Positions 1 through 3,964 of a stretch of DNA of 3,964 nt are shown here, piece by piece (the stretch's first letter is position 1; each line of letters begins with the position of its first letter). The stretch lies in assembly GCF_003334385.1 (NCBI RefSeq), contig NZ_QOWN01000090.1. One strand, written 5' to 3'. This stretch comes from Escherichia coli (GTDB taxonomy: Bacteria > Pseudomonadota > Gammaproteobacteria > Enterobacterales > Enterobacteriaceae). The translations under genes were made by a program, and so were the position numbers. The notes beneath the pieces are model-generated. The model had not been told where the DNA came from, ran no database searches, and saw only the letters and a list, made by a program, of their open reading frames with translations.

Positions 1-314
<314 letters not shown>

Positions 315-318
315 CAAT

Positions 319-341
319 TAATACGACTCAGTATGGGGAGA
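319..341 (+). promoter_or_regulatory. T7-group phage RNA polymerase promoter-like element P1, with predicted +1 at G336.
   Basis: TAATACGACTCAGTATGGGGAGA matches the T7 consensus TAATACGACTCACTATAGGGAGA at 21/23. The differences are at -5 (C to G) and -1 (A to G). The -12 to -8 specificity block CGACT and the GGGAGA initiation region are intact. It starts 5 nt after the upstream stop codon. Confidence 0.7.
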
Positions 342-428
342 GGGCCTCTGACGAACCCACAGATAGTGTGGTCTCATGCCCTTAGTTGCCCATATCTATT
401 TACGAATCCACCTTAAAGTCAATAGAAA

Positions 429-451
429 CAATACGACTCGCTAATGGGAGA
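429..451 (+). promoter_or_regulatory. T7-group phage RNA polymerase promoter-like element P2, with predicted +1 at G446.
   Basis: CAATACGACTCGCTAATGGGAGA matches the T7 consensus at 19/23, with differences at -17, -6, -2 and -1. It shares AATACGACTC and GGGAGAG with P1. It has the same orientation as P1, and the two +1 positions are 110 bp apart. Confidence 0.6.
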
Positions 452-472
452 GCGGTGACAAAAAGTTTTCCC
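446..472 (+). other. Predicted 5' leader stem-loop of the P2 transcript, resembling the phi10 leader.
   Basis: GGGAGAG (446-452) can pair with TTTTCCC (466-472) to give 7 bp including two G-U pairs, with a 13-nt loop. The T7 phi10 leader, as I recall it, is GGGAGACCACAACGGTTTCCCTCTAGA. Here the sequence is GGGAGAGCGGTGACAAAAAGTTTTCCCTCTATGA. Confidence 0.4.
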
Positions 473-640
473 TCTATGACAACTAACTGTAACTTATCGC
501 ATCCTTTCAGGGGCGGGATGACCAATTACAGACACCAAGCGTTCTACTTAAAGTGAATGCTTCCTGTGTGCTCTGGGTCAGTCGATAAGTGAATAGCAAT
601 AGACATCATATTAACTATGGTCTCTGGTCTACAGGGGCTA

Positions 641-780
641 AACTTAAAGTTTACTTAAAGACCTTAAAGTTATATTACTTGTTTACACAAGATAATAATA
701 AAAACTTAAAGAATAACTTTAAGAGTACTTATGATTATCTATCATTTAATCTTGTCATAATTCACTTTTGTAATAACTAA
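641..780. other. Strongly AT-rich tract, a candidate DNA-unwinding or origin-like region.
   Basis: I counted 28 G/C in 140 nt, about 80% A+T. The tract lies downstream of the two phage-type promoters and overlaps the densest heptamer cluster. It has no credible coding potential. Confidence 0.4.
650..678 (+). promoter_or_regulatory. Weak candidate sigma70 promoter with -35 TTTACT, a 17-nt spacer and -10 TATTAC.
   Basis: TTTACTTAAAGACCTTAAAGTTATATTAC has the same layout as the T7 A1 early promoter as I recall it (TTGACTTAAAGTCTAACCTATAGGATACT). The -10 lacks the final conserved T, so its activity is doubtful. Confidence 0.2.
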
Positions 781-844
781 CGATGTCTCCACAAGACACC
801 GATCCTATCAATCTCAAAGACATCCACAATGTTTACCCTTTGTT

Positions 845-879
845 CTGCTGGTCCTCCTTCATTTGAGGACCTTGGGCAG
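845..879 (+). other. Imperfect hairpin with an internal loop in the 5' UTR of the Rha-like gene.
   Basis: GGTCCTC (850-856) pairs with GAGGACC (865-871) as a perfect 7-bp stem with an 8-nt loop. It is extended by CTGC (845-848) pairing with GCAG (876-879) across an asymmetric internal loop. It ends about 30 nt upstream of the SD at 910-915. Confidence 0.35.
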
Positions 880-924
880 GTCAGTGGGTTGTGGCTCAGG
901 GTGCAAACAAAGGAGTACAACGAT

Positions 925-1629
925 ATGGCTCAACAAGTAATTAGCTTTAATAATGAATTCTCAATGTCTTCCTACGAGTTTCTGACCACGATTATCAATC
1001 CAGCCCGTGAAGAAGCAGGGGAGAAACCTGTCCGAAATAATGCCTTTATAGAGCGTGTCCGTGATGAATTGGACGGTTGCCAAAATTTGGTAAGCGATAT
1101 GGTTACACCAGCCGGAGGTGGTACTCCTATGGAAAACGTCATCCTCAATGGCGATCAATTACTTCTGGTCGGTATGCGAGAGTCTAAAGCTGTGCGTCGT
1201 AAGGTTCTGGAGTACATTCGACGAATTGAGAAGGCTAAGCAGTTATTGGAAGACCAGAAGAAACGAGCAGCTATCCAGTCAGCTAACCGTCGTGGCGTAA
1301 CGTGGGGTGATTTCTGTAAGGCCAACGAGCTACCCGCACAGAAACTACTACTTGCGCTCAGGAAGCAGGGACGCCTATTACGCTGGCGCATGGATAATAC
1401 TGTCACGGTTCATCCGCATTTTGCGCAATACTTTCGGATCATCAAATATAATGATGCGAAGTTCAGCTCTACAGGTATCAACTTCAGGTTGAACACCAAG
1501 GGGGTGGAGTTCTTCTCACAACCCGACCGTGTGGCCCGCTTCCGGGAAATCCTTGTTGAGCAATACGGGTCTGATATTGACAAGCAACGTCTATTGCAGT
1601 CGAAAGCGCGGCAGGCTGTAGAGTTATGA
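925..1629 (+). CDS. Phage-type regulatory protein of 234 aa. The N-terminus is Rha/Bro-like and the C-terminus is KilA-C/ANT (antirepressor)-like.
   Basis: A consensus SD AAGGAG at 910-915 lies 9 nt before ATG 925. The ATG at 829 given in the ORF track has no RBS. The N-terminal part (SSYEFLTTIINP...VRNNAFIERVRDEL...DQLLLVGMRESKAVRRKVLEYI) and the C-terminal part (VTWGDFCKANELPAQKLLLALRKQGRLL...TKGVEFF) resemble phage Rha/antirepressor modules by eye. The family call has not been checked with an HMM search. Confidence 0.8.
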   Translation: MAQQVISFNNEFSMSSYEFLTTIINPAREEAGEKPVRNNAFIERVRDELDGCQNLVSDMVTPAGGGTPMENVILNGDQLLLVGMRESKAVRRKVLEYIRRIEKAKQLLEDQKKRAAIQSANRRGVTWGDFCKANELPAQKLLLALRKQGRLLRWRMDNTVTVHPHFAQYFRIIKYNDAKFSSTGINFRLNTKGVEFFSQPDRVARFREILVEQYGSDIDKQRLLQSKARQAVEL

Positions 1630-1739
1630 ATAAGAGTATCAAGCTTGGCCCTCGTACACCAGAAAGCCGCAAAGCGTTACACCTGATGACAGTCGATAGT
1701 GCTTCCATTGTGCCCGCTTTGGGTTTGCCCCCCTCTTGA
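1626..1739 (+). CDS. Possible translationally coupled small ORF of 37 aa (MNKSIKLGPRTPESRKALHLMTVDSASIVPALGLPPS). It may be a gene remnant.
   Basis: Its ATG (1626-1628) overlaps the upstream TGA (1627-1629) in an ATGA arrangement. I recognise no homology, and it is below the ORF-track size cut-off. Confidence 0.2.
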   Translation: MNKSIKLGPRTPESRKALHLMTVDSASIVPALGLPPS

Positions 1740-1830
1740 TGAACCCTGTCTACGTAAAGGCTGCTTTGTGCCTCATCATAGTTGTTGTGGGATTATCATC
1801 TAAAGATTCTCATGGTTGATATAGGTGTCG

Positions 1831-1868
1831 GCGATCAATTTCAAATTATCGATCGAGATAAACGATCG
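1831..1868. promoter_or_regulatory. Cluster of three GATC sites and two CGATCG palindromes. It is a candidate operator or Dam-sensitive site upstream of the 158-aa gene.
   Basis: GCGATC lies at 1831-1836, with CGATCG at 1850-1855 and 1863-1868. The GATC cores are at 1833, 1851 and 1864. The cluster lies 60-100 nt upstream of GTG 1930. Confidence 0.3.
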
Positions 1869-1929
1869 GTGTGATGGCTGCAATCACGTTATCCTTTGGG
1901 CACCCTTCTGAAATTTTGAGGATATAAAT

Positions 1930-2406
1930 GTGTTTGGGCTTTTTAAGAAAAAGACAAAAGCGGAAAGACGCTATGATGTGACACGCATTCAGTACGAATT
2001 GGTCGTGATGTCATCTGGACTGATAAGCAAACAAACTGTGATGTTCAATGCTATGATGGATAAGGAGCGTAGAGAGTTAGAGGGCTCTCCGTATTTATCT
2101 GCGGGGTACATTACTCCTTGGGTTATTGGGTATATCACTGGCATTTTGGATGCGGTTACTCAAACTGAGGCTAACAGGATGGCATTTACGTCGGAAATGC
2201 TTGGGCTTATTTTTTCAGTCGTTTTCGGTGATGATAAGTCTCATGACGCCATGGTAACTTATATAGCCTGTAACGAAGCCTCCTCACCAGACCATGAATT
2301 TCATGTTACGTACGAGCTCTATATGACTGGTCTTGCGAAAGCTTTTAATGAGGTATGTGAGAATAAACCTGTAATAGGGCTCATGAACTATTTAATGCGG
2401 GATTAA
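1930..2406 (+). CDS. Hypothetical protein of 158 aa with a GTG start and no family that I recognise.
   Basis: GAGGA at 1917-1921 lies 8 nt before GTG 1930. The frame is clean and open with protein-like composition (MFGLFKKKTKAERRYDV...). The ATG at 1928 is in another frame and terminates after 17 codons. Confidence 0.7.
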   Translation: MFGLFKKKTKAERRYDVTRIQYELVVMSSGLISKQTVMFNAMMDKERRELEGSPYLSAGYITPWVIGYITGILDAVTQTEANRMAFTSEMLGLIFSVVFGDDKSHDAMVTYIACNEASSPDHEFHVTYELYMTGLAKAFNEVCENKPVIGLMNYLMRD

Positions 2407-2865
2407 AATTTCCTACAAAAATCTGAGCGTCTATCTAATAGTTCATCCTCTCGCGTTGTCCCCGTAGCCCTCCTTGAGTTTGCCCTGAAGCGAGGGAAGC
2501 TCCCCCCTTCAAGTCGAAAGATTGGGAACCTTCCAGATGTTCTGGCCTTGGTTCTATTCCGTTTGTGGGAATATTACAGGTATCCGACCTTGACCAGAGA
2601 TCACTCAGTGTGTAACCATAACTGTAACCAAATGGATTCATTATATCTTTAAGAAACAAATGGTTATTGAGTGATTGTCTTCGATGCTTCGATTCCCTTC
2701 GCCCGCTCCAATTTATCTTCGCCGTAATACTTCCCCATTTTGTTGTAAATAAAAAGCGTTTACGCAATGCAATCCTTTTGTAACAACCCAGGTAAAACAC
2801 CTTATTTTCAAGTTGTTAAATAAGTGGTTATCTACGCTTTTAACAAACGATTGATGGAATATTTT

Positions 2866-3891
2866 ATGAAAGGGAAATCTGCATTAACTCTTCTGCTCGC
2901 TGGTATATTTTCGTGCGGCACATGCCAGGCGACAGGGGCAGAAGTGACGAGTGAATCTGTATTTAACATTCTTAATTCCACGGGGGCAGCAACAGATAAA
3001 AGTTATTTATCGTTAAATCCAGATAAGTATCCTAATTATCGTCTTCTGATTCACTCAGCCAAATTACAAAATGAAATAAAGAGCCACTATACCAAAGACG
3101 AAATTCAAGGATTGCTAACATTAACAGAAAACACACGAAAGTTAACGTTGACGGAGAAACCCTGGGGAACGTTTATTCTTGCTTCTACTTTCGAAGATGA
3201 CAAAACAGCGGCAGAAACCCACTATGATGCTGTCTGGTTGAGGGATAGTTTATGGGGCTATATGGCATTAGTATCAGATCAGGGAAATAGTGTAGCCGCA
3301 AAAAAGGTTCTGCTCACCCTGTGGGATTATATGTCTACGCCCGACCAGATTAAGCGGATGCAGGACGTCATTAGCAACCCAAAACGACTGGATGGAATTC
3401 CCGTGCAAATGAATGCTGTGCATATCCGATTTGACAGCAACTCCCCCGTGATGGCAGATGTGCAGGAAGAAGGCAAGCCGCAGCTGTGGAACCATAAACA
3501 AAATGATGCTTTAGGTCTTTACCTTGATCTCCTTATACAAGCAATCAACACTGGTACTATTAACGCTGAAGATTGGCAAAAAGGTGACCGATTAAAGTCG
3601 GTTGCGCTGCTGATTGCTTATCTGGATAAAGCCAATTTCTATGTTATGGAAGATTCCTGAGCATGGGAAGAAGATGCCCGATTAAACACATCTTCCGTTG
3701 CACTGGTGACCTCTGGACTGGAACGTTTGTCAAACCTACTCTCGAAGAAAGACTCTGTTTTTGTCTCTGATTTACTACGCGAAGCTAAAGTCAATGAACT
3801 GGATGAAACTCTTTCAACAACGAGGTTGAACCACCTCATAGATAAAGGTTATGAAAGAATAACGTTACAGCTTGATTTAGGGGGAGAATCC
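2866..3891 (+). pseudogene. Exported GH15-family (glucoamylase / phosphorylase-kinase-like) glycoside hydrolase. It is inactivated by an in-frame TGA at 3658-3660 and 3'-truncated by IS186.
   Basis: It has an N-terminal signal peptide MKGKSALTLLLAGIFSCGTCQA. GH15-like motifs are YDAVWLRDS, NHKQNDALGLYLD and EDS*AWEED. The last corresponds to the conserved G-x-WEE catalytic-acid region, with TGA where GGA (Gly) would be expected. ORFs 2824-3660 and 3706-3903 are in the same frame. The reading frame runs straight into the IS186 terminus at 3892. Confidence 0.8.
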
Positions 3892-3964
3892 CATAAGCGC
3901 TAACTTAAGGGTTGTGGTATTACGCCTGATATGATTTAACGTGCCGATGAATTACTCTCACGAT
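3892..3964 (+). mobile_element. IS186 (IS4 family) terminal segment. It is the same end as at 1-75 and the element continues rightward off the window.
   Basis: CATAAGCGCTAACTTAAGGGTTG at 3892-3914 is the IS186 terminal IR as I recall it. The segment is the exact reverse complement of 1-75. The interior flank GGGGG-AGAAT-CC fits the IS186 target preference. Confidence 0.85.
3947..3964 (+). CDS. insL: IS186 transposase InsL, first six codons (MNYSHD). The CDS runs off the right edge.
   Basis: ATG AAT TAC TCT CAC GAT lies at 3947-3964 and matches the InsL N-terminus as I recall it. Confidence 0.7.

Larger units (their letters stand above)
412..723 (+). repeat. Dispersed and clustered heptamer array CTTAAAG, with six direct copies and one inverted copy.
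   Basis: Direct copies lie at 412-418, 547-553, 643-649, 654-660, 663-669 and 705-711. The inverted copy CTTTAAG lies at 717-723. The extended consensus is (A/C)CTTAAAG(T/A). Three copies start 11 and 9 bp apart (starts 643, 654, 663). About 0.5 occurrences of a given 7-mer would be expected by chance in the whole window on both strands. Confidence 0.75.

Noticed and set aside
319-341. The T7 promoter match as cloning-vector contamination.
   Set aside because: Vector T7 promoters are the exact consensus and come with polylinker or lac operator sequence. Here both copies are divergent and sit within heptamer repeats and phage-like leader sequence.
575-600. A possible third T7-type promoter on the minus strand, where the reverse complement reads ...CTTATCGACTGACCCAGAG.
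   Set aside because: Only the CGACT core matches. The -7 to +6 region bears no resemblance to CACTATAGGGAGA.
589-780. A 63-aa plus-strand ORF in the AT-rich tract.
   Set aside because: It is a low-complexity Asn/Lys/Leu-rich translation of 80% AT repeat DNA. It has no RBS and overlaps the heptamer array, so it is best treated as noncoding.
829-924. The upstream ATG (829) given in the ORF track as the start of the 266-aa ORF.
   Set aside because: ATG 829 has no SD, and the extension MFTLCSAGPPSFEDLGQVSG... covers the leader hairpin. ATG 925 has a consensus AAGGAG at the proper spacing.
961-1708. Five overlapping or antisense ORFs (961-1158 minus, 1118-1300 plus, 1155-1406 minus, 1307-1492 plus, 1484-1708 minus).
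   Set aside because: All lie within or antisense to the well-supported 925-1629 CDS. They lack RBSs and have Arg/Ser/Cys-rich compositions typical of off-frame translation.
1150-1840. The 11-mer GGCGATCAATT repeated at 1150-1160 and 1830-1840.
   Set aside because: About one to two chance 11-mer repeats are expected in a 4-kb window, and one copy is inside a CDS. It is not treated as a meaningful repeat.
2435-2800. A 121-aa minus-strand ORF in the gap between the orphan gene and the GH15-like gene.
   Set aside because: It has a GTG start without an SD. Its composition is unusual, and an internal 8-bp direct repeat (TGTAACCA at 2611 and 2623) produces GYSYGY. I recognise no similarity. It is probably noncoding or highly decayed, though a small gene cannot be fully excluded.
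3658-3660. The in-frame TGA considered as selenocysteine or programmed readthrough.
   Set aside because: The homologous position in GH15 motifs is a conserved glycine (GGA to TGA is one change). I see no convincing SECIS-like hairpin immediately downstream. The gene is also truncated by IS186, which fits decay.
3274-3839. Minus-strand ORFs 3274-3501 and 3639-3839.
   Set aside because: They are antisense to the GH15-like reading frame, which has clear family motifs. They are shadow ORFs.

Overview
The window is a 3.8-kb segment bracketed by two inward-facing copies of the same end of IS186, so the host is probably Escherichia or Shigella. Positions 1-75 are the exact reverse complement of 3892-3964. 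Each copy carries the 23-bp terminal IR and the first six codons of the InsL transposase, reading outward. Both IS copies truncate a plus-strand gene. On the left only the C-terminal 78 codons of a DUF4145-like protein remain (78-314). On the right a GH15-like exported glycoside hydrolase (2866-3891) has lost its 3' part and also carries an in-frame TGA, so it is a pseudogene. Two intact-looking genes lie between them: a 234-aa phage-type Rha/antirepressor-like regulator (925-1629, strong SD) and a 158-aa orphan protein (1930-2406, GTG start). The most unusual region is the noncoding stretch 315-924. It holds two tandem promoters that closely match the 23-bp T7 RNA polymerase consensus (21/23 and 19/23). 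It also holds a leader stem-loop resembling the T7 phi10 leader, seven copies of the heptamer CTTAAAG, and a tract of about 80% A+T. This layout resembles the T7 replication-origin and concatemer-junction/left-end architecture as I remember it. All of it points into the Rha-like gene. I read this as a candidate module responsive to a T7-group phage, either a satellite-like hitchhiker or a phage-polymerase-triggered cassette. A decayed fragment of a T7-like genome is the null explanation. All family assignments and T7 comparisons were made by eye and from memory, with no database search.
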